From Desulfobulbus propionicus DSM 2032 (GTDB lineage: Bacteria > Desulfobacterota > Desulfobulbia > Desulfobulbales > Desulfobulbaceae): DNA of 32,000 bases. Positions 11,767 through 22,062 of this stretch are shown piece by piece. The stretch lies in NCBI RefSeq assembly GCF_000186885.1, contig NC_014972.1, positions 2,160,001 through 2,192,000 of the forward strand, given 5' to 3'. Every line of letters begins with the position of its first letter. The first letter of the stretch is position 1. Both the position numbers and the translations under genes were made by a program. The notes below the pieces were generated by a model. The model searched no databases. It was not told the DNA's origin and saw nothing but the letters and a program-made list of their open reading frames with translations.

Positions 11767-13667
11767 GCGATCCGGCCAATTGGAGCAACAGGGAAATGGT
11801 GACAGACAACGACTTGGTCATTGCCCCGGATCAGGCCACGACTCTGCCCGGCCTGTTCCGCCAGCGAGTGACCCGTACCCCGGACCGGACCGCCTTTCGC
11901 CAGTTTGACCGCCAAACCGACAAGTGGCGCGAATATTCCTGGCGACAGGTGGCCGAGGCAATCGGATGCTGGCGACACGGCCTGCGCATCCAGGGACTGC
12001 AAAGGGGAGAGCGGGTCGCCCTGTGGCTGGCCAACAGCGTCGCCTGGGTGGCCTGCGAACAGGCGGCCCTGGCCGAAGGGTTGGTCGTGGTCCCCCTCTA
12101 CGCCCGCGACAATGCCGCCAACCTGGCCTACATCCTCAACGACTGCGGCGCGCGCCTGCTGGTTGTCGACAGCGCTGCCCAGTGGCGGCAACTACGGGGC
12201 TGCGGCCACGCCCTGCCCTCTCTGCAGCAGGTGGTCTGCCTCGAACACATCGACGAGTCTGGTCGGCCCGAATCGCTTTGGCCCGTTGCACAGTGGCTGC
12301 CTCGGGACCCGGTCGCGGACAACGGTCCGATCCTGCAATCAAACGACCTGGCCACCATCATCTACACCTCGGGCACCACCGGCCGCCCCAAGGGGGTGAT
12401 GCTCTCGCACCGCAATATTCTCTGGAACTGCTGGGCCGTGCTTCAGGTCCATCCGGCCCGGCCGGATGACCTTTTCCTCTCCTTTCTGCCCCTGTCTCAT
12501 TCCTTTGAGCGCACGGTCGGCTACTATGTGCCGATGATGGCCGGCTGCTGCATCGCCTACTGCCGCTCCCTCCAGGAGCTGGCCGAAGACATGCGGTTGA
12601 TCCGGCCAACGATCCTCATTTCCGTGCCGCGCATCTACGAACGAATCGCGGCGCGAATCGAGGAACAATTGGAGCGCAAGGGGCGGCTGGCTCGCTGGCT
12701 GTTCGCCGCCGCAGTCACGGTCGGCTTCCGATGTTTCGAGGCCCAACGCGATCAGCGAACGCCCACCCTGCGCGACCGGCTGATTTGGCCACTGCTGCGA
12801 CAACTGGTGGCCATCCCCATGCTGGAGCGGTTCGGCGGCCGGGTCCGGCTGGCGGTCACGGGCGGCGCGCCGGTGCAGGAGGGCATCTCCCGTTTGTTTC
12901 TCGGCATCGGCCTGCCCCTGGTGCAAGGGTACGGCCTCACCGAGGCGGCGCCCGTGGTCAGCACCAACGAACCGGCAAACAACCGGCCGACAACGGTGGG
13001 CCCACCGCTGCCAGGCATCGAGGTGCGCCTGGCCGAGGACCACGAACTGCTGGTCCGCGGTCCGGGGGTGATGCTCGGCTACTGGCAGCAGCCCGAGCTG
13101 ACCGCCGAGGTGCTGGATGCGGACGGATGGTTGAAGACCGGCGATATAGCCCGGATCGACCATGGATTCATCCGCATTATCGGCCGGAGCAAGGAGATCC
13201 TGGTCACCTCCACCGGTGAGAAAGTGGCGCCCGTGGCCATGGAGATGGCCCTGGAACAGCATCCCCTGATCGACCAGGCCATGGTGGTGGGCGAGGGTCG
13301 GCCCCATGTGGCGGCGCTGCTGGTGGTCAATCCCCAGGCCTGGATGCGGCTGGCGGCCCACCTGGGTCTGGATGCGGACGATCCGGCCTCCCTGGACAGC
13401 GATGCGGCACGTGCGGCGGCGCTCTCAACGGTGAGCGGCCTGCTCCGCGCCTTCCCCGCTCCGGCCCAGGTGCGCGGCGTCTGCCTGCTCAGCGAGGAAT
13501 GGACCATCGACAACGGCCTGCTCACCCCAACCCTGAAGCTGATCCGCGACCGGGTCGCGGTCCGATATGCGCGGCAGATCAACGAGCTCTACCGATCCAC
13601 CCGTTCCGTATCCCTTGCACGGCAGGGTGCCGCACCGCTGCATGATGAACAATCAGGGTCTCCATGA
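11763..13667 (+). CDS. Long-chain fatty acid-CoA ligase (AMP-forming, FadD/ACSL-like)
   Basis: 634 aa. Motifs are IIYTSGTTGRPKGVMLSHRN, GYGLTEAAP, GWLKTGDIA and LTPTLKLIRDRV. The start overlaps the upstream stop (ATGA at 11763-11766). Confidence 0.85.
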
Positions 13668-13745
13668 GCCGCGACACGGTATGATTGCCCCCGCGACATA
13701 CCCCTCGAGCCAAACAGTCCCTTCCCCCGTCCAGGAGAACGAAGC

Positions 13746-15467
13746 ATGAAAATTTCATATTGTCTTGTGATGATCGCAGTGGTCTTGGGCCTTGGCCAAG
13801 CCGTCCATGGCGCCACGTGCGAACAGGGAGAGCACACCCATGTGTGGATTGTCCCCCGGGTGGTGCAGGAGGGGACACCGGTCAGGATCATGGCGGTATC
13901 CACGGCCGAGCCGCTCACCGAACTGGTGTTGACCGATCCGCAGGGGCAACGGCAATCGTTGGCCGCCACGGCAAGTAGCGGCGGAATGCCGTGGAGCCTG
14001 ACGGCGGAAACGGAACCCCTTGAAAGCGGGCCGTATCAGGTCGAGGCCAGGACCCAGAACAGGTCGCTGGCTTGCCGGCAGATCGGTTTCGGGGAGAACG
14101 GCAAGGAACGGGCGGTCTGGGATGAGGCGCATGAAGCCTTTTATGCCGCCTGGATTGAGCGGATGTTTGACCATCCGGTCGACGAACAGCTGAGTTTTCC
14201 CTCGCTGGAACCGGTGCTGCGCGATCCTGATCGCAATTTCTTGCACAATGCACTGGGGTTGAAGGAAGACCAAGGGGTGCCGGCCAACCCGGATTGCGCC
14301 GATTTCCCTTATTTTCTCCGGGGCTATTTTGCCTGGAAAAACGGATTGCCGTTCAGCTACCGGGTCTGCAACCGTGGCTCGGCTGTCAAACCTCCGACCT
14401 GCAACCCCGTGGTCATCAGGACCGATTTCGTCGGCAAACGAGCACCATTGGCCACCTTCAAGGCGGTCAGTCACGGCTTGCTGGATGCGGTGCAATCGGG
14501 CAACGGTCGCACCGCGCTGGCCGACGAGGAGACCGACTTTTACCCCGTGCCCCTGGAACGCGAGGCGCTTTGGCCGGGCACGATCTACGCCGACCCCTAT
14601 GGGCATGTGCTGGTCCTGACTAAATGGGTCGACCAGACCCCGGACAGCCCCGGACTCCTCCTGGCGGTCGATGCCCAGCCGGACAATTCCATTGCCCGAA
14701 AGCGATTTTGGGAAGGGACCTTCCTCTTTGCCCCCATCGCCAGCGCCGGCCCCGGATTCAAAGCGTTTCGCCCTCTTGCTGGCAACCGTCTGTTGCACAA
14801 CAAGGAATTACCCAACTATTCGCTGGATCAGGCGTGGTTGAACCCCGATGATTTTTACGCGGAACTCTCCGCGCTCATCAATCCCCATGGTTTGCAGGCG
14901 CATCAGGCCTATGAAGCGACACTCGCCGCCTTGGTCGAACAGTTGGAAACGCGGGTGCAATCGGTTGAAAATGGCGAAGCCTATTTTCGCAAAGGCGGCG
15001 GCACCATCGCGATGCCCAAGGGTGCGGCCATTTTTGAAACCGTCGGTCCATGGGAAGATTACGCCACTCCCTCGCGCGACATGCGCTTGCTGATCGCCAT
15101 GAACGTTGTCCTCAATTTTCCGGAAAAAGTTCTTCACTACCCGCACCTGTTCAACCTGAGCACCACCTCCGCCCGGCAGGTGAAGGCCGAGATCGAGCAG
15201 TTGCATAGCCAGCTGATCAACGAGAAAAGCATCCAGTACAATCGCAGCAACGGTGAACCATGGGAACTGACGGTCGCGGATATTTTGGCGCGAAAATCGG
15301 CCTTCGAGATGGGTTACAACCCCAATGACTGCGTGGAGGTGCGTTGGGGGGCGGAAGAAGGCACCGAGGAATATGCGACCTGCCGCCGTCACGCGCCGGC
15401 CGCGCACGTCCAACAGATGACCGCTGTGCGCGACTGGTTTCGGGAAACCAAGCGGCCATCGCGCTGA
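13746..15467 (+). CDS. Secreted 573-aa protein of unknown function (no family recognised)
   Basis: AGGAGA lies upstream of ATG 13746. The signal peptide is MKISYCLVMIAVVLGLGQAVHG/ATC. The frame is long and uninterrupted, with 8 Cys in the mature part. It starts 78 nt after the acyl-CoA ligase gene on the same strand. Confidence 0.8.
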   Translation: MKISYCLVMIAVVLGLGQAVHGATCEQGEHTHVWIVPRVVQEGTPVRIMAVSTAEPLTELVLTDPQGQRQSLAATASSGGMPWSLTAETEPLESGPYQVEARTQNRSLACRQIGFGENGKERAVWDEAHEAFYAAWIERMFDHPVDEQLSFPSLEPVLRDPDRNFLHNALGLKEDQGVPANPDCADFPYFLRGYFAWKNGLPFSYRVCNRGSAVKPPTCNPVVIRTDFVGKRAPLATFKAVSHGLLDAVQSGNGRTALADEETDFYPVPLEREALWPGTIYADPYGHVLVLTKWVDQTPDSPGLLLAVDAQPDNSIARKRFWEGTFLFAPIASAGPGFKAFRPLAGNRLLHNKELPNYSLDQAWLNPDDFYAELSALINPHGLQAHQAYEATLAALVEQLETRVQSVENGEAYFRKGGGTIAMPKGAAIFETVGPWEDYATPSRDMRLLIAMNVVLNFPEKVLHYPHLFNLSTTSARQVKAEIEQLHSQLINEKSIQYNRSNGEPWELTVADILARKSAFEMGYNPNDCVEVRWGAEEGTEEYATCRRHAPAAHVQQMTAVRDWFRETKRPSR

Positions 15468-15493
15468 ATCAGCCGCGTACCTCACCGACAGGA

Positions 15494-15532
15494 TGGAACG
15501 CTGATGGCCATCGCCCGGGAGCCAGCGTTCCA
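15494..15532. repeat. Perfect 10-bp inverted repeat (hairpin) in the convergent intergenic region
   Basis: TGGAACGCTG (15494-15503) and CAGCGTTCCA (15523-15532) flank a 19-nt spacer. Confidence 0.5.
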
Positions 15533-15551
15533 CGCCCCTGTCCACCTCCGG

Positions 15552-15590
15552 GCCCATCGGCTTGCCGCCGATGGGCATTCGATTCTTTTT
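15552..15590 (+). terminator. Probable intrinsic terminator for the 573-aa gene (may also serve the convergent MCP gene)
   Basis: GCCCATCGGC (15552-15561) pairs with GCCGATGGGC (15567-15576): a perfect 10-bp stem with a 5-nt loop. It is followed by attcgattcTTTTT (T-run 15586-15590). The 9-nt gap before the T-run is longer than ideal. Confidence 0.5.
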
Positions 15591-17988
15591 AACTCAGATA
15601 CAATTCGTCCAGCGACTTGAACAGCTGTTCGCGGGCGGTCTCGAACTCCTGCATCAGCGCGCCCGCCTGTTTGGAGTTGCCCTGCTGGATCAGCTCGGCA
15701 ATCTGCCTGGCCAACTGGTGCACCTTGGCATGCTGTGCACCGACCTCGGCAAAATGCGGTCGGTCGCGCAGGGCCTGTCCCTCGGAACCAAAGTACCATT
15801 GGCCGAACTCGCATTCCCGATCCGAGGCAACCTCTTCCGGGCGGAGGGCCTCCTTGCCGTTGAGCACCGCTTCCAGGCGGGAGCGCCACTGCATGTGCGC
15901 CGCCTTGACCTTGCCGATGTTGAACCGGGCCTGCTGGGTCTTGAATCGGTCCACCACCTCGGACAATCGTTCGGACAGGTTGAACAGATCGCGGGCATGG
16001 CTGGTGAGCTGCGCGCTGACAATGTTCATCTCCTCGGAAGCCCGGTTGACATCGACGATGTCCTTGCTGATCTCGCCGGTGACCAGCGAGACCTCGCCGA
16101 CATTGTGATTGACCTCCTGAATGCCCTGGGAAGCCTGGCTGAGGTTGGCCGCGATTTCCGCCGTGGCCACCGACTGCTCTTCAACGGCGGCGGCGATGGT
16201 GGCCACCAGCTCGTTGACATCGTTGATCACCGTTGAAATCCGTTCAATTTCATCGACCGTCTCGCCGGTCGAGGTCTGGATCGCCTCGATCTTTCCCTTG
16301 ATCTCGCCGGTGGCGACCGCGGTCTGCTTGGCCAATTCCTTGATTTCATTGGCCACCACCGCGAACCCCTTGCCCGACTCGCCGGCCCGGGCCGCCTCGA
16401 TGGTCGCATTGAGCGCCAGCAGGTTGGTTTGCTCGGAGATCTCGGTAATCACCTCGGTGACCTTGCCGATATCGTTCACATCGCTTCCCAGCCGGTTCAC
16501 CTTGTCCGAGGCAGTGGTGGCCCCCAAAGCGGCCTTCTGGGCAATGAGGCGCGCATGTTCGGCATTGCCGGCAATTTCCTTGACCGTTGCCGCCATCTGC
16601 TCCACGGCCGTGGCCACCGCGTTGACGTTGCCGGAGGCCTCCTCGCTGGCAGTCGCCACCGAGGCCATGTTGGCGCTCATCGATTCGGCGCCGTGCGCCA
16701 TCCTGGCGGACTTTGCCGTCGCGTCCACCGTGTTTTTCGACAATTGCTGGGCAATGGTGCTGAGATCATCCGACGACAGCCGCAGGCTGTTGGCCTTGGA
16801 GCCGAAATCGCGGACAATCCGTTCCAGCCGATCAAGAAAGAGATTGAACCATTGGGCCAGCTCTCCGACCTCGTCTTTCTTTAAAATTTGCAGCCGTTTG
16901 GTCAAATCGCCCTCGCCCTCGGCAATGTCCTTGAGCATGGTCGCCGTGCGCTGGATGGGCACGACCACCGCACGGACGCTCAACAACAGCGGCACGATCA
17001 CCGCCACCAGCAGGGCCGCGCACAGCCCGATCAATCCGCGCTCGATGGTGCGCATCTGCCGATACAACTCCGCCGCGTTGTAGACATAGGCCATGACCCC
17101 CACCTGCTTGCCGCTGAAATCCTTGATGGGAAAGAAGGTGGTGAAATAATCGCCGACGCGTTCCATGCGCACCCCGTCCCGTCCGCCGGCGAGCAGCTCC
17201 GCGGTGATGACCGCGTCGGTGGTCTGCCGATTGGAGGAGGAGACAAACACAAAGGCGTCGCCGACAATCGGATGCTTGGCCGCATCCTGCAGCTCGGTGG
17301 CAATGGCCAGGGAGGCTTTGTTCATGTACACGGCGATGTGCTCGTTTTCGTTGCTCACGCCGTACTGCACCAACGGATCATAGGAGGAGAGCGATTCCAC
17401 CGACCCTAAAAACCGGCTGTCGTCGGCAAGGATGGGCGCTATGCCGCGAATCTCAAACCCGCCCCTTCCCACCTCGACGCCGACAACCCGCTGATGCGAG
17501 CCTTGGTTGATGGCGGTTACCGTTTCCCGGAAGGAGGCCAGGTCATCGCTGGTGCGCTGATCCTTTTTCCATACCCGCAACAGGCTGCGGGCCGACGGCA
17601 CGTGAAAGTGGAGCCGCAGGGCTTTGTTGTCGCTGTTTTCCTTGAAGCCCTTTTCGATGGAGGCAAAATAGGCGCGGAGCTGCTGCCGGGCCTTTTCCAT
17701 CTGCTGATCGCCCTCATCGTCGAGCCGGCCCTGATGGGCGGTTTCATAGGCCTCAAGCACCGGCTTGGCCCGGCTGAACAGGGCGGCCTGAGCCAGCATT
17801 TCATTGGCGATGCGTTTCTCGCTGGCGGCGATGTCCGCCACCTTCGATTGGCCAAGCCGATCCAGATTATGCTCCATCAACCGCCCGATGGTGCGATCGG
17901 CCACCCCATATAAAACCAGGGAAAAGAGGATCGTGACCCCGGCAATCGGCAGTAGCACCCGCGGGGCTATTCGCTGGAAGACGTGCAT
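15589..17988 (-). CDS. Methyl-accepting chemotaxis protein: TM, periplasmic Cache-type sensor, TM, HAMP, MA signalling domain and a C-terminal CZB (chemoreceptor zinc-binding) domain
   Basis: ATG 17988 has AAGGAG upstream; the ORF-track start at 18036 is trimmed. TM1 is [19 protein letters not shown] and TM2 is [19 protein letters not shown]. The HAMP segment is [22 protein letters not shown]. The MCP hairpin core is [31 protein letters not shown]. The CZB motif is AAHMQW...[10 protein letters not shown]...AQHAKVH. Confidence 0.9.
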   Translation of the reverse strand: MHVFQRIAPRVLLPIAGVTILFSLVLYGVADRTIGRLMEHNLDRLGQSKVADIAASEKRIANEMLAQAALFSRAKPVLEAYETAHQGRLDDEGDQQMEKARQQLRAYFASIEKGFKENSDNKALRLHFHVPSARSLLRVWKKDQRTSDDLASFRETVTAINQGSHQRVVGVEVGRGGFEIRGIAPILADDSRFLGSVESLSSYDPLVQYGVSNENEHIAVYMNKASLAIATELQDAAKHPIVGDAFVFVSSSNRQTTDAVITAELLAGGRDGVRMERVGDYFTTFFPIKDFSGKQVGVMAYVYNAAELYRQMRTIERGLIGLCAALLVAVIVPLLLSVRAVVVPIQRTATMLKDIAEGEGDLTKRLQILKKDEVGELAQWFNLFLDRLERIVRDFGSKANSLRLSSDDLSTIAQQLSKNTVDATAKSARMAHGAESMSANMASVATASEEASGNVNAVATAVEQMAATVKEIAGNAEHARLIAQKAALGATTASDKVNRLGSDVNDIGKVTEVITEISEQTNLLALNATIEAARAGESGKGFAVVANEIKELAKQTAVATGEIKGKIEAIQTSTGETVDEIERISTVINDVNELVATIAAAVEEQSVATAEIAANLSQASQGIQEVNHNVGEVSLVTGEISKDIVDVNRASEEMNIVSAQLTSHARDLFNLSERLSEVVDRFKTQQARFNIGKVKAAHMQWRSRLEAVLNGKEALRPEEVASDRECEFGQWYFGSEGQALRDRPHFAEVGAQHAKVHQLARQIAELIQQGNSKQAGALMQEFETAREQLFKSLDELYLS

Positions 17989-18264
17989 GCTCAGGCTCCT
18001 TGAATGGGTGTTGTTCTGAAACCGTCCCCAGACCACATGGACGGAATATACATGAAAATTGTACTGAAATACGAATGGATGTCAAGAAACGCGGGGCAAC
18101 GATTCGCAAAGAACAAACGCCGCCCGGTGCCACAGCGCGGTACCGGAATGATTCAATATCGTTGACGGCAGGAGCGAAACCGGTTGAACCAGCCAAGAAG
18201 CCGACGAAACGGTGGGCGTGGCTTCGGTGTCGCGGAGGGGGCGGTGGCGACTGCGGACGTCACC

Positions 18265-18305
18265 AAAAACGCAATGAGGCGCCGCCGGTGACCCGACAGC
18301 GCCTC
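18265..18305 (-). terminator. Possible terminator downstream of hydG
   Basis: On the minus strand, GAGGCGC (18305-18299) and GCGCCUC (18282-18276) form a 7-bp stem with a 16-nt loop, followed by auugcgUUUUU. The large loop and the 6-nt spacer weaken the call. Confidence 0.35.
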
Positions 18306-18355
18306 TTCATGGACCATGCACAGACGGAACGCCCGCCTGGGGCGATGCTCGACGC

Positions 18356-19789
18356 TTAGAAAAACAGATCGCGGCTCTGGCCGCTGCGGATCATCTCCAC
18401 ATTCTGGCGTGCTTTTTCCCGGTGTTCGGGTTTGGGCACCTTGTCCAGCTCCCGGTCCACCAGCCGGTACCCCAGGGCCTTGACCTCGGGCGAGGCGTAG
18501 TCTTCCAGGTATTCGGACAGGGTCATCAGGGCGTTGGGATGACAGACGTTCTTGATCTGGCCGCTCTTGGCGAGCGCCATGAAGCGATCGCCGGTGCGGC
18601 CGGAGCGGTAGCAGGCGGTGCACCAGGAGGGCACCAACCCTTCTTCCATCAACCAATGGATGATCTCGTCGGCGGTGCGTTCGTCGTTCTTGGCGAACTG
18701 GGCGGTCAGTTCCTGATCGACCACCCCGGTCTCGCGGCGGCGCTTCTCGGCCATGTAGCCGCCAACCCCGACCGCGCTGCAGGCGCTCATCTGGGTGATG
18801 CCGCAGTCGAGCAGATCCTTGCGCATGGCCGCGTTCTCGCGGGTGGAAATGATGATGCCGGTGTAGGGCACGGCCAGGCGGAGCACGGCGACGATCTTCT
18901 TGAAGGTTGGATCGTCCGGGATGTTGGGGTAGACAGCACTGAGATCGACGCCCTCGGCCGGACGGATACGCGGCACCGAGATGGTATGGAAGCCGACCCC
19001 GTAGGTTTTTTCCAGGTGCTCGTTGTGGAGCATCATCGCCAGGGCCTCGAAATAGGGATCGTGGAGGCCAAAGAGCACGCCCGCGCCGACATCGTCGATG
19101 CCGCCGGCCATGGCCCGGTCAAAGGCGGTGGTGTGGTACCAATAATCCCGTTTCGGCCCGGCTAGGTGGTATTTTTCGTAGGTCGGCTGGTGGTAGGTTT
19201 CCTGGAAGAGGATGTAGGTACCGATGCCCACCGCCTTGAGCTTGCGGTAATTCTCCACCGTGGTCGCGGCGATGTTGACGTTGACCCGGCGGATCTCGCC
19301 GGAGAGATCGGCCTGGGTCTTGTAAATGGTGCGCAAGCAGTCGAGGATGTAGTCGATCGGACAGTTGACGTCGTCCTCGCCCGCTTCCAAGGCGATGCGC
19401 TTGTGGCCCATGCGCACGATCTCGATGATCTCGTCACGGACCTCCTCCTGGGTCAGCTTGCGGCGCTTGAAGCTGTGGCAATCGTTGTAGGCGCAGTAGG
19501 CGCATCGGTTGACGCAGAAGTCGCTCACATAGAGCGGCGCGAACATGACGATGCGGTTGCCGTAGATCTCTTCCTTGATACGGCGGGCCACCTGGAACAG
19601 CCGGTCCAGGTGTTTGTCGTCCATCTTGAGCAGTCTGGCCACTTCGAGATGGCTCAAGCCCTCGAAGCGGGACGCCCGGTCGAGGATGGTCTCAATCTCG
19701 TTGTCCGGAGTATCGGCCGCCTGGGCCAGGATGGTCTCGATCTCCTCGGGACGGATGAATTCCTCAATTTCCATAGTTTCAATCAACAT
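18356..19789 (-). CDS. hydG: [FeFe]-hydrogenase H-cluster radical-SAM maturase HydG
   Basis: The radical-SAM motif is CVNRCAYCAY. The HydG-type C-terminal cluster region is WCTACYRSGRTGDRFMALAKSGQIKNVCHPNAL. ATG 19789 is preceded by GGGAGG; GTG 19804 from the ORF track is an alternative start. Confidence 0.92.
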   Translation of the reverse strand: MLIETMEIEEFIRPEEIETILAQAADTPDNEIETILDRASRFEGLSHLEVARLLKMDDKHLDRLFQVARRIKEEIYGNRIVMFAPLYVSDFCVNRCAYCAYNDCHSFKRRKLTQEEVRDEIIEIVRMGHKRIALEAGEDDVNCPIDYILDCLRTIYKTQADLSGEIRRVNVNIAATTVENYRKLKAVGIGTYILFQETYHQPTYEKYHLAGPKRDYWYHTTAFDRAMAGGIDDVGAGVLFGLHDPYFEALAMMLHNEHLEKTYGVGFHTISVPRIRPAEGVDLSAVYPNIPDDPTFKKIVAVLRLAVPYTGIIISTRENAAMRKDLLDCGITQMSACSAVGVGGYMAEKRRRETGVVDQELTAQFAKNDERTADEIIHWLMEEGLVPSWCTACYRSGRTGDRFMALAKSGQIKNVCHPNALMTLSEYLEDYASPEVKALGYRLVDRELDKVPKPEHREKARQNVEMIRSGQSRDLFF

Positions 19790-20040
19790 AGAGTGACCTC
19801 CCACTCACCGGCAGGTGGTTGTTGACGGACAACGGCCATCTGTCGTCAGGGGCACTGGCAGGGTATGGCCAATGCGGGAAAACCCACCAGCCCGAACCGT
19901 GCGAGCTGATGGGAGCTGGATGGATGGAGGGGCGGGAAGGCCGGCTCGGTCAGGATTGAGCTGTGACCGGCCGGCATGGCCTCCCCTCAAATAGGATTAT
20001 TTCTCAATAATAGATGCTCTTCCGCTGCCAGGCAAGCCGC

Positions 20041-21243
20041 TTATGCCTGGACACAACCTGCGTTGTGCGGCTGCATCTGCTCCTTGTCGGTATTGACGTA
20101 GGTGTCCCGATGCTCGTGGGCCGGAAAAACGTCAAAATTCTCGACGATGAACAGATAGACCAGAATGCCGATGGAGATCAAACCAATCGACAGGAACAGC
20201 TCGCCGGCGGAAGGAAAGTAGCTTTCCCCGGCTGCTTCGGCCATGCCGGTGAACACCACGTTGCCACGGTTCAGCGCCACGCCGAGCACCATGAGCACCG
20301 CGTTGCGCACGATCATTGTTTTGGTCATCACCTTACCGCGCAGCTTGTAGCTCCAGAAGAAGTAGACCGGAATGACGCAGCCGATGGCCAGTTCGAGCAG
20401 GCACATGAGGCTCTCCGTGTCCAAGGCGAACAGCGAACCCAACTGGCCGCGGATGGCCAGGTCGGAAAAACGGAGCACCGTGTAAAAGCTCATCACATAC
20501 CCGGACCATTTGGCCAGGAAGGTCATGGCCGGTTCGTCCCAGTCGTGGCGGAAAAAGCGTCCGGCCAGGGCGGTCTCGCAAGTGACCATGGCCGGCCCGA
20601 CGGCCACGGCCGAGGAGTAGTAGAGGATCGGCAGCAGCATGGTCCACCACAGTTCATTGAGCTTGCCCAGGGTGAGCACGTACATCGAACCCAGGGACGA
20701 CTGGTGCATGGTAGAGAGGGCAATACCGCCGATGACCAGCGGCGCGGTTAGACTGGTGAAGAAGGAGGAAATCTTTTTCATCCCCAGCCCCTTGAACAGC
20801 ACCGGGGCAAATTCACACGTCAAGACAATGGTATAGAGCAAAACGCACATGTAGAGTTCAAACATGACCGAATGCTCGCCCCAGCTGAAGATCGGGTGCC
20901 ACCACCCGTACCAGCGGCCCAGATCCATCAGCAAACCGAAGCCGACCAGGCAGTAGCCGAGCCAGGCCGTGAGGATGGCCGGCTTGACCACGGATTTGAC
21001 CTTCTTGACGCCGAGCACATAGTAGATGCCGGCGGTGGTGAAGCCGCCGGCGGCCAGGGCCACGCCCAGCTTGACGTCGATGAAGATCCACAGTCCCCAG
21101 GGCCAGGCATCGGTAAGGTTGGTCATCTGCAGCCCGTTGACCAGGCGGTAAGCAACAATGCCGACGAAGATCAGCGAGAAGGCGATCAATACCAGCCGGA
21201 ACGGGGTCATTTTAAAGGTGAGACGATTGCCGTTGATGGTCAT
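20041..21243 (-). CDS. NrfD/PsrC/HybB-family integral membrane subunit (putative quinone-interacting anchor)
   Basis: 400 aa and highly hydrophobic, with roughly 10 TM helices. The N-terminal region is NrfD-family-like (TDAWPWGLWIFIDVKLGVALAAGGF). Its start overlaps the upstream ferredoxin gene stop by 4 nt. Confidence 0.85.
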   Translation of the reverse strand: MTINGNRLTFKMTPFRLVLIAFSLIFVGIVAYRLVNGLQMTNLTDAWPWGLWIFIDVKLGVALAAGGFTTAGIYYVLGVKKVKSVVKPAILTAWLGYCLVGFGLLMDLGRWYGWWHPIFSWGEHSVMFELYMCVLLYTIVLTCEFAPVLFKGLGMKKISSFFTSLTAPLVIGGIALSTMHQSSLGSMYVLTLGKLNELWWTMLLPILYYSSAVAVGPAMVTCETALAGRFFRHDWDEPAMTFLAKWSGYVMSFYTVLRFSDLAIRGQLGSLFALDTESLMCLLELAIGCVIPVYFFWSYKLRGKVMTKTMIVRNAVLMVLGVALNRGNVVFTGMAEAAGESYFPSAGELFLSIGLISIGILVYLFIVENFDVFPAHEHRDTYVNTDKEQMQPHNAGCVQA

Positions 21244-22046
21244 GCCTGCGGCCCTCCTGTGTTGTCCTGTTTACCCTCCGCAATGGCGTTGCGGCGTTTG
21301 TTGAAGAAATAGATACCGGAGAGGATGGCGGTCCAGCCGAGCAGGATCGCCGGCAGCTTGCTGAGAATCTGCCAGGTGTAGGCGGGCAGCGACTCCTGCG
21401 GCACCGCGGTCTTGAAGCCGAGCGCGTCGAACGGCTGATCGGAGAGATACAGCCAGGCGGTGCCGCCAACCTCGGTCTCGCCGAACACATGGTTGACATA
21501 GAGCGCCTTGTTGCCCTCGATCCGCCGGTGCGCCTCCTTGATCAGTTCATCGCGGTCGCCGAAGGTCATCACCTGGTTGGGGCAGACGGCGATGCAGGCG
21601 GGCTGCTCGCCGGCGGCCACGCGTGAATAACACATCTGGCACTTGGACACCTTGGGGAAGCTCTTGTCCCACTCGTACTTGGGGATATTGAAGGGGCAAG
21701 CCACCATGCAATAACGGCAGCCCACGCACAGGTCCGGATGGTAGACCACCGGTCCTTCCGGCGTCCTGCGCAGGGCGCCGACCAGACAGGACGAGGCGCA
21801 GGCCGGATCGACGCAGTGCAAACACTGCTTCTTGGCAAAGCGCCAGGCTTCCTGGCCGCTCTTGTCGGTCACGTCATGCTTGCTGACCACGGTCCAGTTG
21901 ATATCCACCAACTGCGCCGCCTCTCCCACGGTGGGTTTGTTGACCTCATCGTATTTCTTTTCGTTCCATAGCTTGCAGGCCACGGTACACGCGCCGCAGC
22001 CGAAGCATTTGGTCATGTCGACCAGAACTCCCTTTGACATAATCAA
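21240..22046 (-). CDS. HybA/FdnH/NrfC-type 4x[4Fe-4S] ferredoxin subunit with a single C-terminal TM anchor and no signal peptide
   Basis: There are 16 Cys in four cluster motifs: CFGCGACTVAC, CLHCVDPACASSC, CVGCRYCMVACP and CQMC...CIAVCP. The C-terminal helix is LPAILLGWTAILSGIYFF. GAGGGA RBS is present. The start is 16 nt after the hydA stop. Confidence 0.88.
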   Translation of the reverse strand: MIMSKGVLVDMTKCFGCGACTVACKLWNEKKYDEVNKPTVGEAAQLVDINWTVVSKHDVTDKSGQEAWRFAKKQCLHCVDPACASSCLVGALRRTPEGPVVYHPDLCVGCRYCMVACPFNIPKYEWDKSFPKVSKCQMCYSRVAAGEQPACIAVCPNQVMTFGDRDELIKEAHRRIEGNKALYVNHVFGETEVGGTAWLYLSDQPFDALGFKTAVPQESLPAYTWQILSKLPAILLGWTAILSGIYFFNKRRNAIAEGKQDNTGGPQA

Positions 22047-22062
22047 TCCCTCGTGTTCCGGC

